A DNA stretch of 52,576 bases, taken from a virus. Its lineage: Duplodnaviria; Caudoviricetes. The translations under genes were made by a program, and so were the position numbers. The DNA lies in the IMG/VR virus record IMGVR_UViG_3300025401_000039, positions 1 to 52,576 of that record; one strand, written 5' to 3'. This document shows, one piece after another, positions 19,287 through 28,402 of this stretch (its first letter is position 1; each line of letters opens with the position of its first letter). The notes beneath the pieces were generated by a model that was not told the origin of the DNA, made no database searches, and was given only the letters and a program-made list of their open reading frames with translations.

Positions 19287-20177
19287 TTATGCGTGGCGCA
19301 TACATGTCATGTCCGCTACAGCTTGCCACTTGTTAGGAAAGCTAACAGCCAAGTCAGCTATCTTAAGTACTGTACGCAAGCTGAGCTCACGTAGACGTGC
19401 TGTGTTGTCTGCTACGAAGTTAACCACATCCAGCTTCTGCTGATCCGTTAAGTCATAGTCATCAAGCATACCACAGTCAGTAACCACTTGTCTAATGCGC
19501 AGGACCTTCTCACGCTCTGTGTCAATAGTTAGATCCAAGTAGTGGCAACGGCTTTCCAATGCTTCCAAGTGATCACGCAGCTTCTTGCTCTTGACGTGAT
19601 CGAACTTGATGTTGGTAATAAAGATAGCGCCGCCTTTGAACTCGAATGAATCAGGCACACCTTCTCTACGCAACAAGCTAGAGTCTGTGTTCCAGTTAAT
19701 GGTACGCTTCTTTGATGTATCCAATGCTGCTTTGAGAATGTTCAAGCTCAAGTCATCAAGTAAGATGCTGTCACAGTCATCAAACACTAAGACGTTCTTC
19801 CGGTCGCTAAAGTGATATAGCTTGCTGTACAAGCCAATGGCACTCATTGCGCCCTTGACCACTTCGTACTTCTTCAGCTTCTCGTCCTGTGCTACATTGG
19901 CGAACACATCATGCTTGGCCAGAACCTTTTCAACACCAAAGCTCTTGCCAACACCTGGAGGGCCTGTGACAATCATTGCTTTGACTTTGCCGCTCTTAAC
20001 AGCACGAGTCATGTCGTCTAGAATCTCAAAGCGATCACGCAAGCGATCCAGGATCTGCTCGTCTGTTTCGCCTTTCAATTTAAGCTCTTTAGCCTTGATC
20101 GCAGCTGTGTCTACTTCCAGTGATTTTGTTTCAGATTGCAGTGCCATAAGCATTTTACTTGTAACTACCTTTGCCAT
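19287..20177 (-). CDS. AAA+ ATPase
   Basis: GPPGVGKS, VLVFDDCD, ITN, ALESR. Confidence 0.85.
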   Translation of the reverse strand: MAKVVTSKMLMALQSETKSLEVDTAAIKAKELKLKGETDEQILDRLRDRFEILDDMTRAVKSGKVKAMIVTGPPGVGKSFGVEKVLAKHDVFANVAQDEKLKKYEVVKGAMSAIGLYSKLYHFSDRKNVLVFDDCDSILLDDLSLNILKAALDTSKKRTINWNTDSSLLRREGVPDSFEFKGGAIFITNIKFDHVKSKKLRDHLEALESRCHYLDLTIDTEREKVLRIRQVVTDCGMLDDYDLTDQQKLDVVNFVADNTARLRELSLRTVLKIADLAVSFPNKWQAVADMTCMRHA

Positions 20178-20284
20178 AAGTCTCGCTCCTTAATGTTAGT
20201 TGATAACGTAATTATACTATCTCTTGCTTCTGCTCGCAAGAATTATGAGCAGAAACATGAGACAGAAATGAATAGCAGTAGCCA

Positions 20285-20605
20285 TTAGTCTAGTCTACTG
20301 CCTGCATAAGCCTTCAAACCTAATGCTGTTAGGTAGTTGGCCAGTGCCTCAGCGCCTGCTTCCTTAACACTCACTGACTGAGTTGGAATCTTTGCTGGAT
20401 CCCAATAGCTCAAGCATTTGGGTTTGTAGTCCTTGCGGAAGCCTGCGGCAATCAATTCCTTGGCTTGCTTGGAGTTAGTACGATCCACGTACACATCCAC
20501 CCAACCAAAACCGCAAGCATCACGCTCGCCAATCTTTTGATACATCTCAACACCTGCGAGATGTGCTAGTACAAAACCTGCTTTGATTTGATCTGCTGTT
20601 ACCAT
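20285..20605 (-). CDS. Early hypothetical protein
   Basis: Own promoter and RBS; ACGFGWV...SRLD. Confidence 0.8.
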   Translation of the reverse strand: MVTADQIKAGFVLAHLAGVEMYQKIGERDACGFGWVDVYVDRTNSKQAKELIAAGFRKDYKPKCLSYWDPAKIPTQSVSVKEAGAEALANYLTALGLKAYAGSRLD

Positions 20606-20648
20606 AGTGTCGCTCCTTATTTGCTGTTGAAGTGTTAATTATACTGTC

Positions 20649-20834
20649 TTACTTACGGGTTGTCAAGCCGTTGATGCCTGCGAAGAACAAGCCCAAGCCT
20701 GCTAAGGCCATAAGGGCTAATGTGAACAATTGACTGTCTGGGGCAGTGTCAATTGTGCCTGACACTCCATAGACTAGAAAGAATCCTACGAATGCTACGA
20801 CTGCGTCGCAGAATGCATATAGTTTATCTGACAT
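20649..20834 (-). CDS. Small two-TM membrane protein
   Basis: Own promoter and RBS; two hydrophobic segments. Confidence 0.7.
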   Translation of the reverse strand: MSDKLYAFCDAVVAFVGFFLVYGVSGTIDTAPDSQLFTLALMALAGLGLFFAGINGLTTRK

Positions 20835-20878
20835 AAGTTTCGCTCCTTATTTGCTGTTGATGTTAGTATTATAGCCTC

Positions 20879-21580
20879 TTAAGCCACTTCTGTCAAGCGG
20901 ATTACGAAGCCTGAATAGTCTTTTTTGGCAGGCCCTTTTGCCTTCAATCCTAACATAATGCCCTTAGGGTCTAAGAAGCGCAGGTCAGTTTCGTCTGCTG
21001 ACGGCACACCCTCTGGGATTTTGTCGTAGACAGCAACCACTGACATGCCTTGCAAGAGTGCTTCTGCTACATCTGCGTCATTGCCGTCTGCCTTGCTGAA
21101 TGTAAGGTGGTAGTTAGGATACATTTTAGTCTTACGACCGAGCACCTTAGTGTAGTCATAGAACTGTACATTAGGGAACATTTCAAAGATGTTCTGCCCT
21201 GGGATAGCATCGTACTTCTCCCAGCTCAAGTCACTAGTACCATTGAGGCGGAACACGGGGATTAATCCTTTGCGCTCTGCGAACTTGATAGCCTTGCGAA
21301 TGTCTGAGACAAGATCCAGCATGAAGTCTGCGCGATTGTTGAAGAAGTATTGGGTCTTACGAATGCGAGCCTTTTGGATCATATTGGTGTTCTCGCCTTT
21401 GCGGAACATGCCACCGCGTCCTGCTTTATTAAGGCAAGCGTCTGTACAACCTTTAGTTCGCTTGGGGCATACTTCGCGTCCGCTAAGATCAGCAGGTGCA
21501 AGGTGTAGGATGAAGCTGAGATAGCCCATCTTTGTACCTTTTTGGATTTTGGGATTCGCTGTAGATAATAGTTTGAACAT
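20879..21580 (-). CDS. Gp88-like phage protein with Cys cluster
   Basis: CP-x5-C-x3-C, RLNGTSD, FYDYTK, YHLTFS, DLRFLD. Confidence 0.7.
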   Translation of the reverse strand: MFKLLSTANPKIQKGTKMGYLSFILHLAPADLSGREVCPKRTKGCTDACLNKAGRGGMFRKGENTNMIQKARIRKTQYFFNNRADFMLDLVSDIRKAIKFAERKGLIPVFRLNGTSDLSWEKYDAIPGQNIFEMFPNVQFYDYTKVLGRKTKMYPNYHLTFSKADGNDADVAEALLQGMSVVAVYDKIPEGVPSADETDLRFLDPKGIMLGLKAKGPAKKDYSGFVIRLTEVA

Positions 21581-21644
21581 AGTTTTCGCTCCAAGTTCGT
21601 TGTTGATGTAAGTATTATACCCTCTTTTGGAGGGTATGTCAACC

Positions 21645-21854
21645 TTAGAGTTTAATTAACTCTGTTGAGCCAATGCTGGCTACTTGAGGGACGATGTTAG
21701 TGAAGGAGGCCTTTACAGGGCGAACTTGAGCACGAACAGTACCTAACTTCTCAACTACCCCAATAACAAGACTACCAGCATTGTGATAGCTGACCATTGC
21801 TACACGATCGCCTACTTTGATCTCTTTACCTTGCATGTCTTTTAATTGTGTCAT
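21645..21854 (-). CDS. Small SH3/KOW-like early protein
   Basis: DMQGKEIKVGDRV; own promoter and RBS. Confidence 0.65.
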   Translation of the reverse strand: MTQLKDMQGKEIKVGDRVAMVSYHNAGSLVIGVVEKLGTVRAQVRPVKASFTNIVPQVASIGSTELIKL

Positions 21855-21910
21855 TTTTCGCTCCTTATTTGCTGTTGATGTTAGTATTATAACGCCTGAG
21901 CGCCATAATG

Positions 21911-22093
21911 TCAAGCACCTGGACAGTCGTTAATATACAACATAGTAACACCATCAAAGGTATCTACTTCTAGCATATCAGCACTCACAGGGCTAGAGTA
22001 CTCCATGTTCATGCCCATATGCACGGGCATGTTGGGATCCATTGTACTCAGGATACGGATCATGTCTGCTACGGTTAGTGTATCGTTTCTCAT
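21911..22093 (-). CDS. Early hypothetical protein
   Basis: Start MRNDT after GGAG SD and promoter. Confidence 0.7.
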   Translation of the reverse strand: MRNDTLTVADMIRILSTMDPNMPVHMGMNMEYSSPVSADMLEVDTFDGVTMLYINDCPGA

Positions 22094-22172
22094 TGTCTGC
22101 TCCTTTTGTTTCTGTATGTGTCTATTATACTGTATTTTGGACACTCAGTCAAATCCCATTCACTTTGGAGGG

Positions 22173-22403
22173 TTAATCCCAATCTTTCTTACCGCCAAAC
22201 TGCTCGTTCCATTGATAGCCTGCTAGGTAGGCTTGGACTTCTTGTGGGCTCATTTGAGCTTCGTTGATACGCTCGCTAGAGCCGGTGTCGCCGATGTAGA
22301 AGTGAGGGCTACGGGGACGATGATACCAACTGTCTGCACTGCCTCTATCAAAAGGCCCGCCGTGTCGTTGATCATAGTTCTTACGGGTTTCTAATGTAAT
22401 CAT
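22173..22403 (-). CDS. Early hypothetical protein
   Basis: HGGPFDRGSADSWY motif; coupled to upstream gene. Confidence 0.75.
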   Translation of the reverse strand: MITLETRKNYDQRHGGPFDRGSADSWYHRPRSPHFYIGDTGSSERINEAQMSPQEVQAYLAGYQWNEQFGGKKDWD

Positions 22404-22774
22404 ACTGTCTCCTTATTGAAGTAACCATAGGGCAAGCCCTGAGTGAAACAGAAATACTCGTAGTCGCCATTGGCGCCTTCAGCATCCATCAACCAAGCAA
22501 TCACTCGCTGACGGTTGGTGCTGGTGTGCATGAGGTTCTCTACACGATCTTCAAATGCCTCAATAGCACGAGCCTCACTGGCCAATTGCTCTTTGTAGTT
22601 GGCTTCGATAGTCCGGCTCAACTGAACGAACTCAGCCTCAAACTCTACTTCTGTCCAATTGGTAGTATCGATACCGCGTGGGCGAACGCCATAGGCATCC
22701 TTATACATATCCCAGTATTGGCAGGCATATTGCTCTAGCACGGACATCTCTTCCCAGCTTTTGAATTCGCTCAT
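22400..22774 (-). CDS. Early hypothetical protein
   Basis: DMYKDAYGVRPRG motif; own promoter and RBS. Confidence 0.8.
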   Translation of the reverse strand: MSEFKSWEEMSVLEQYACQYWDMYKDAYGVRPRGIDTTNWTEVEFEAEFVQLSRTIEANYKEQLASEARAIEAFEDRVENLMHTSTNRQRVIAWLMDAEGANGDYEYFCFTQGLPYGYFNKETV

Positions 22775-22946
22775 TTAGTGCTCCTTTTGTGTCTGTATGT
22801 AAGTATTATAGCAAAGTCTAGCCAAATTGTCAACAACCTTACAGGATGAAAGGGTATTATAGACACGCCCAGCCTTGCCGTCCATCCCGTTGCCTTCGAA
22901 TCATAATTATACTGGATTGGGCGGGGATTGTCAAGTCGTCAAAACC

Positions 22947-22979
22947 AAAAAAAAACGACACATCTTTGGGACGTGTCGT
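22947..22979 (-). terminator. Terminator after tRNA
   Basis: ACGACAC...GTGTCGT stem plus T run on - strand. Confidence 0.75.
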
Positions 22980-22987
22980 CTGTGTAA

Positions 22988-23062
22988 TGGTGGGCCCACC
23001 TGGGTTCGAACCAGGGACCAAGGGATTATGAGTCCCCTGCTCTTCCGCTGAGCTATAGGCCC
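22988..23062 (-). tRNA. tRNA with CAT anticodon, probably tRNA-Ile2 (lysidine type)
   Basis: GGGCCTATAGCTCAG...GACTCATAATCC...GGTTCGAACCC...CCACCA; arm sequence resembles bacterial ileX. Confidence 0.9.
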
Positions 23063-23068
23063 TTGTTC

Positions 23069-23263
23069 TTATCCTATTGGATTGGTATTTCGATAACGTC
23101 TAACTTCTTGTAAGTCATCATCCGTATCTTCTAAGATCCAAATCTCTTCGTTGAACTCTAGCAGATCTTCTGCTACTCGTTCTGCTTCCTTTAGGGTTGG
23201 AACACATTCGAGGAGCTCTTCATGCCCCTCGAATAGTCCCCAAACTTCAAACTGAATGAACAT
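23069..23263 (-). CDS. Small acidic hypothetical protein
   Basis: 64-aa ORF. Confidence 0.6.
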   Translation of the reverse strand: MFIQFEVWGLFEGHEELLECVPTLKEAERVAEDLLEFNEEIWILEDTDDDLQEVRRYRNTNPIG

Positions 23264-23266
23264 AGA

Positions 23267-23629
23267 TTAGAAAGGGATGTTTTCGTCCATGTCAGCTGTA
23301 GGAGCCTTAACAGCCTTAGGTGCTGTAGCCTTAGCTGGCTTCATAACACCCTTTGCGGCAGGCTTAGATGTCTTAGCCTTAGGAGTGTTCTCAGCAATAT
23401 ATTCGGTGATAGTTGCCTGAGCAATTGAATCAGCGAACTCGTCCAACCCCAATAGGATCTTAGCGGCATCCATCTTTGAAACTGAAGCTTCAAGATCAGC
23501 CAAGCGAATGTCAGTATGTCCTGACTTGGCAAGAACCTTAATACGCATCATGTCATTGGCAAAGCGAACTTTGTATGTACCATTCAAATTAGAAATACCT
23601 GCAACCTTAAACAATTTATCTGTAGCCAT
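23267..23629 (-). CDS. Hypothetical protein with Lys/Ala-rich tail ending DENIPF
   Basis: GAGG SD and promoter; SSB-like C-terminal tip. Confidence 0.75.
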   Translation of the reverse strand: MATDKLFKVAGISNLNGTYKVRFANDMMRIKVLAKSGHTDIRLADLEASVSKMDAAKILLGLDEFADSIAQATITEYIAENTPKAKTSKPAAKGVMKPAKATAPKAVKAPTADMDENIPF

Positions 23630-23715
23630 TTTGTTACCTCTGTGTGTGTTAAAAAATATGTTATTGAGCCAATCTCTCTAACATGTTCAAATTATACAAC
23701 TCTTTTGGCGAGTTG

Positions 23716-23976
23716 TCAACCGTTTCTTTTGCGTTTTGGGCGAATATTTGACTGTTGTTCTTTTACAACAGGTCCAAACTCCTTGTTCGTGTAGTAGATA
23801 ATCAAGCTACGCTGAATCATTGTAACCAAATCACCATGATCATCATCCACTACGAACCTAACAGGGCATTGCCCCCATGAGCCTGTAATGGCAAAGTTAT
23901 GATAGTATGACCTATGATCCTTATTCTTAGCATCAAAAACTACGAACGGACGTCCAAATAGTGCGAGTCTACTCAT
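23716..23976 (-). CDS. Early hypothetical protein
   Basis: FDAKNKDHR...WGQCPVRF. Confidence 0.7.
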   Translation of the reverse strand: MSRLALFGRPFVVFDAKNKDHRSYYHNFAITGSWGQCPVRFVVDDDHGDLVTMIQRSLIIYYTNKEFGPVVKEQQSNIRPKRKRNG

Positions 23977-24089
23977 CGTTTTTCACCCATTGACGGATCA
24001 CAGCCTCCAGCTCTTTGAATTGGTATTCGGGCTGTTTGGGTCTAACCTTGTCTTGTTGCTTGGCATCGTGTGCTGTGTTGAGTTCTTTA

Positions 24090-24665
24090 TTAGTCTTCAT
24101 TTTCTTCTTCTTCGTATTCTGCAATCGTTTCTGATATCCCAAACATTTCGTCTAGGGCCTCTGGGATAGCCTCTTTGACAGTCTCTGAAGTGTAACCGCC
24201 AATGTCATAGCAGTCATCTTGGCCGTCTTCCCAAATACCAGCAAATGCCATGCCGGGCTCATAGTAGTAGAGCCTGACTGTGAACCCTTGTTCTATCAAA
24301 TACTCCATAGCACCTGTAGGTGGGCTCCATGCTGAGTCAAAGCCAAAGGTAACATGATCTACATCGCCTTCTAGTTCAATGGTTTCAATGGCATCCACAT
24401 CCCATTTGGTGCCCCACTCATTCACACACCAGTCGTACCAATTGGCATAACCATAGGTGCTGAGATTGTGCATGGTCTGCTCTTGCAGAGCAATCTGTTT
24501 AGGATCGTTGTCATCGCCTACGCGACCCGCTACAATCTGTAGGGCTTCTGGCACTGGCTTGCAGTAGTTCAAGAACTTGCCTTCATTAACCGCCGCAACC
24601 AACTCACGAATCTTGGCTGGGTCGCTGTGTGTGATCTCTACTGTGTTATTGCACCAATTTGGCAT
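24090..24665 (-). CDS. YubB/DUF1281-like ferredoxin-fold protein
   Basis: MPNWCNN, WYDWCVNEWGTKWD, FDSAWSPP, YYEPGMAFAG. Confidence 0.7.
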   Translation of the reverse strand: MPNWCNNTVEITHSDPAKIRELVAAVNEGKFLNYCKPVPEALQIVAGRVGDDNDPKQIALQEQTMHNLSTYGYANWYDWCVNEWGTKWDVDAIETIELEGDVDHVTFGFDSAWSPPTGAMEYLIEQGFTVRLYYYEPGMAFAGIWEDGQDDCYDIGGYTSETVKEAIPEALDEMFGISETIAEYEEEENED

Positions 24666-24666
24666 A

Positions 24667-24933
24667 TTAAACTCCCATTTCAGAAAATGTTACTTTAGGA
24701 TCAATGCTGAGCAACTCGCTAGCACAACGAGTAAGATTACGCATCTTTGCACGAACCACTGACGCAGGCAGTTCGCCATCGCAGGTAAGGTTCTCTGGGC
24801 TCATTTCGCTGTCAATGCTGTCAGCGATGGCCTGACGATCTGCACCGTTCAACAGGCTCAAAGGCTTTTGATTGAATACGGCTCGCCACTTGTTCTTGTT
24901 CTCCACATATTGCTCTAATGTTGCTATGTTCAT
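24667..24933 (-). CDS. Early hypothetical protein
   Basis: SPENLTCDGE motif; own promoter and RBS. Confidence 0.75.
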   Translation of the reverse strand: MNIATLEQYVENKNKWRAVFNQKPLSLLNGADRQAIADSIDSEMSPENLTCDGELPASVVRAKMRNLTRCASELLSIDPKVTFSEMGV

Positions 24934-24968
24934 CTTCGCTCCTTTTTGCTGTGTAAGTAGTTATTATA

Positions 24969-25205
24969 CTAGAGTTTCCTAATCCTGTCAATAACCATGT
25001 TCGCTTCATGGTAATTGTCGGACAAGGACATTTCAGCTTCGATCTTCAATGCTTGAGCCTGCTCACGCAACTCCTGGCTAAAAGCGTTTAAAAGCTCGTG
25101 TGCGTAGTCGATATCATCTGCTGATACCTTACTATGCCAATCTTTAATCGTTGCTTCGTCGGCGTTTAAAAGGAACTCCAAATTAGCCCGATCATGCTCA
25201 TTCAT
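24969..25205 (-). CDS. Early hypothetical protein
   Basis: Likely start MNEHD. Confidence 0.65.
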   Translation of the reverse strand: MNEHDRANLEFLLNADEATIKDWHSKVSADDIDYAHELLNAFSQELREQAQALKIEAEMSLSDNYHEANMVIDRIRKL

Positions 25206-25389
25206 AGTCGCGTCCTTTGTGCTTTTTGTTGCGTTTATACAACACCTTGCTCTCCACCCGTTTGGGTTTGAAGGGCGTGTTCTCCGCAAAGAGAACAAAG
25301 TGTGCTCTTGTCTTTTGTGGTACTTTGATTACAATCTTCATCTCGCTCTCCTTACTATGTCATTATTATAGCAAATTGAGCAGAAGTTG

Positions 25390-25572
25390 TCAACTGTTGA
25401 TGGTCTGATAAGGACTGTGCTCTTCCTCGTCAGCGGCTACATTCACAGCCTCTAACCAATCGTACACCATGCTCAAAGGGATGTCCAATTGAGCCGCGAT
25501 GGATGTGGGCCTGTAGCCCTCAATGTACAGTTGCTCAATATCGTATGCTACTTCTGCTAATTTACTCATCAA
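25390..25572 (-). CDS. Small HTH protein
   Basis: SIAAQLDIPLSMVYDWL. Confidence 0.6.
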   Translation of the reverse strand: MMSKLAEVAYDIEQLYIEGYRPTSIAAQLDIPLSMVYDWLEAVNVAADEEEHSPYQTINS

Positions 25573-25828
25573 AGGCCTCCTCGCCCATTTCAGTTACTCT
25601 TTCTTCCACAACGCCAAGGTCGACGATGCGGGCTGTTTGATCTTCGTTGCTCACGCCCTGAAAGGCTGTACGGAATGACTGATACTCAGCTAGGAAGTCT
25701 AATACATCCTCACGCTCCCAAGTATCAGGAACTTCAAGTTCTTGTGTTAGTAGTGTTTCAACTCGTACTATTTTCATACCTGCTCCTTTAGAGTTAGCCA
25801 TTGCTCGTTTACTTTGAAAGCCTGTCAT
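25562..25828 (-). CDS. Early hypothetical protein
   Basis: ORF in early block. Confidence 0.6.
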   Translation of the reverse strand: MTGFQSKRAMANSKGAGMKIVRVETLLTQELEVPDTWEREDVLDFLAEYQSFRTAFQGVSNEDQTARIVDLGVVEERVTEMGEEAFDE

Positions 25829-26104
25829 TCTGCCTCCGCTGGTTCAAACATACGAGCACCCATATCCATAAAGACGTCGAAGGTCTTAAGGAAGTCCTCA
25901 TCATACTTGTGACGGTTAACTTTAATGGCAAACAGGCCTACTAGGAGGTCTCCATTGCCTACTTCTTTCGCTACTTTTACTAGATGATCAAACATAAGTT
26001 TCGCTCCTTATTGTGTTAATATGTCTATATTATAACGCAGAACTGCTACTACGTCAACCGAATTAGATTGGACTTACATCAGCTTTCGCATGAATGCCTT
26101 AACT

Positions 26105-26179
26105 TGGCGCCGCAGATGGGAATCGAACCCACCTAAGTCTCGCAGACAACGAGTTACCCTCCCAGAGAGCTACTACGGC
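26105..26179 (-). tRNA. Atypical tRNA-Asp(GTC)
   Basis: GCCGTAG/CTGCGGC acceptor, GGTTCGATTCC T-arm, loop TTGTCTG, G discriminator plus CCA. Confidence 0.75.
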
Positions 26180-26183
26180 AAAT

Positions 26184-26251
26184 TGGCGTCCCTACAGGAG
26201 TCTCACCTGCTCACTGCCCTGAGTTGCGAACTCAGCGTGGATTCCCGGGAC
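26184..26251 (-). ncRNA. D-armless tRNA-like RNA
   Basis: GTCCC/GGGAC-GCCA acceptor, CTGAG-TTCGCAA-CTCAG arm, GCAGG-TGAGACT-CCTGT T-like arm. Confidence 0.6.
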
Positions 26252-26259
26252 ATAAACTT

Positions 26260-26470
26260 CAGTTAGAAAAGAACTAAAGGAACCATTGTAGATCTATCTC
26301 TACCACAGGGCAACGTCTGCCTCTGGGCCTCTACGGTCATTACTGCCTACATACTCCGCCGCTACTCCGGATTGCTCCTGTTTCATGCCCCAGCGTCAAG
26401 CGTATCCGTCGATACTGTCCTCTATCTGGGCGCCTAGCAGTGTAGGTAACCTTTAATACTTTTCTAACTG
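26260..26470 (-). ncRNA. About 210-nt structured ncRNA candidate
   Basis: 21-bp terminal stem, internal hairpins, own consensus promoter, no SD after +1. Confidence 0.65.
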
Positions 26471-26641
26471 TTCATGTGCTTATTATAGCACATGAACTAG
26501 TCTCTGTCAATAACCTTACTGTTTGTGTGGTATCTCTTTTGGAGCACCAGGAGCATTACAGCTCTTCAAACCCGCAAAGTGCCATTTTCTACAATAAGTA
26601 CATTCCATTGACTGCTCCTTTGTTGCTAAGTGTTTATTATA

Positions 26642-26980
26642 CTACTCTTCTACTTCTTCGTCAACCACTTCGTTCAAGTGATCAAAACAATCTTGTACAC
26701 GACTTGATTCTGTGTTGAAGAAAGTATAGCTACCACAAGTAACCCTACCTTCGCCCTCATTGATGTACTCAAACCCACCATAGTAGTCGATGGCGCTAGA
26801 GTGTGTAACAGCAATAACCTCTTCATTCCTGTCAATGTACACAGGACCACAGCGCACATCCAAACCCAGTTCAATGGGCGTACAGCGTTCCATCTTGCGT
26901 ACATGACGCTCCACAACCTCATTAACACAATCAATCATGTCCAGGGTTGAATCAAAATCACAATCTGTAAAGTATCCCAC
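26642..26980 (-). CDS. Early hypothetical protein
   Basis: GTG start after GGAGCGA; own promoter. Confidence 0.75.
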   Translation of the reverse strand: MGYFTDCDFDSTLDMIDCVNEVVERHVRKMERCTPIELGLDVRCGPVYIDRNEEVIAVTHSSAIDYYGGFEYINEGEGRVTCGSYTFFNTESSRVQDCFDHLNEVVDEEVEE

Positions 26981-27057
26981 GGTTCGCTCCTTAGTAACTT
27001 AAAAACATAGTATACAACAGAACGGGTACCTTGTCAATACCCGTTCAAGTTGCAGGG

Positions 27058-27549
27058 TTATTCTGCGCACTCCTTTGGGTTGAGTTTACGAATAGCTGGG
27101 GCTAGCTTCTTCCAACGCCCGCCCATCTTTTTGTAGTGCCACTCGCCCGACTGATAGTCGTCTGATGCTTTGTATTTGTAAACATACAAGTACTCGCACC
27201 AGCTACCCTCAAAGTAGTCTTCTGCTTTTTTAAGCGAGGGGAACACTTTAAACGGAGCTGTCTCGCCTCTGTCGCGTGTGTAAAATGTACACTGATTGCC
27301 GTAGAGCTTGTCCCATTCCTCGTCTGTCAACTTAGTATCCAAACGACTAAACGGATGCTCTGCGCCAATCTCAGGGCGCAGGGAGCTAATATCGCCCAGT
27401 GCAATCAAGTTGTTGACTTTGGGACTAGCTGAATAATGCTTTTGAAGAATAGCGCCGTTGTGTTCCAAATACCCGTCCCAGTGACAATAAACTGCGCGAA
27501 CAGTTTTGTTGTAAGGGTTTTGGATAGCAATCATTGAACGTGTACCCAT
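27058..27549 (-). CDS. Conserved-type phage early protein
   Basis: MGTRS...YCHWDGY...GDISSL; own promoter and RBS. Confidence 0.8.
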   Translation of the reverse strand: MGTRSMIAIQNPYNKTVRAVYCHWDGYLEHNGAILQKHYSASPKVNNLIALGDISSLRPEIGAEHPFSRLDTKLTDEEWDKLYGNQCTFYTRDRGETAPFKVFPSLKKAEDYFEGSWCEYLYVYKYKASDDYQSGEWHYKKMGGRWKKLAPAIRKLNPKECAE

Positions 27550-27603
27550 TTATCGCTCCTTAATGTGTTTAAGTGTTAATTATAGCAACTTCTAGCCAAA
27601 CTG

Positions 27604-27813
27604 TCAACCGCAAAACACTTCTTTAGACAAGATCCGGTCCTCAACCAGCTCGTGTGCCAAGTTAAGGGCCATAGTGGCGCAAGTGATAGCAATAATGCGC
27701 TCTTGCCCATTAAAGCGTTGACAGTACTCCATCAGCTGGTCCAAGCTCTCTGGGGTTGCAAACAATCCGGTCTTTGGGATTGGGTTTTGAACAACGTCGT
27801 AAATGCCTGACAT
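27604..27813 (-). CDS. Early hypothetical protein
   Basis: Own promoter and RBS. Confidence 0.75.
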   Translation of the reverse strand: MSGIYDVVQNPIPKTGLFATPESLDQLMEYCQRFNGQERIIAITCATMALNLAHELVEDRILSKEVFCG

Positions 27814-27870
27814 AAGTATCGCTCCTTTTGTTAGTTGATGTTAGTATTATAGTTGAAACCTGGTTAGTTG

Positions 27871-28095
27871 TCAACCAAAGTACTTGTATAACCCTATTGC
27901 GCAAATGGTTATTGACACGCAATTTGTCAACGTTTGTGGCCAGTTGCGCACACGTAAGCTCCATATCATGTACAGCGTTCCCCCACAGAACCCTGCCAGT
28001 ACGCTGTAGCTGTTGTACTCAGGGAAGAACGACATTAATGTATACATGCACATGAAGCAGGCCGTGCCGGCCCACTGCACTGCGTTATTAAACAT
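27871..28095 (-). CDS. Small membrane protein
   Basis: Three short hydrophobic segments. Confidence 0.6.
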   Translation of the reverse strand: MFNNAVQWAGTACFMCMYTLMSFFPEYNSYSVLAGFCGGTLYMIWSLRVRNWPQTLTNCVSITICAIGLYKYFG

Positions 28096-28312
28096 CTAAG
28101 TCAAACTCCGCATCCTCTACTACTGTCTCTAACTGTACAGCTAGCGTCTCTAGCATCTCTTTGCTTAATGTGTCAAGTGTCTCGTCATAAAAGTGTTGCA
28201 TTAAAGCCGCATCTAGTGCTACATGCCCGTCTAAATAGTCAAGCCCGCTATCGCCCATGTCGTAAATTTTCCCAAATGCTTTATTAATGCGTTTTACTAG
28301 TGCTTTTGACAT
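28088..28312 (-). CDS. Early hypothetical protein
   Basis: Own promoter and RBS. Confidence 0.75.
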   Translation of the reverse strand: MSKALVKRINKAFGKIYDMGDSGLDYLDGHVALDAALMQHFYDETLDTLSKEMLETLAVQLETVVEDAEFDLDV

Positions 28313-28402
28313 TGTGTCGCTCCTTTGTTGCTATGTGTGTATTATACTGTCGTTATCTCAAATTGTCAATAACCCTACGCACTGTAGGGCTATTTGTTGT
28401 TA

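Noticed and set aside
19030-19443. + strand ORFs 19030-19215, 19062-19394, 19252-19443
   Set aside because: No SD, atypical composition, and they overlap hairpins, the terminator or the AAA gene antisense
26184-26470. tmRNA
   Set aside because: Both acceptor strands lie within 68 nt, there is no G3-U70 pair, and no tag reading frame is enclosed
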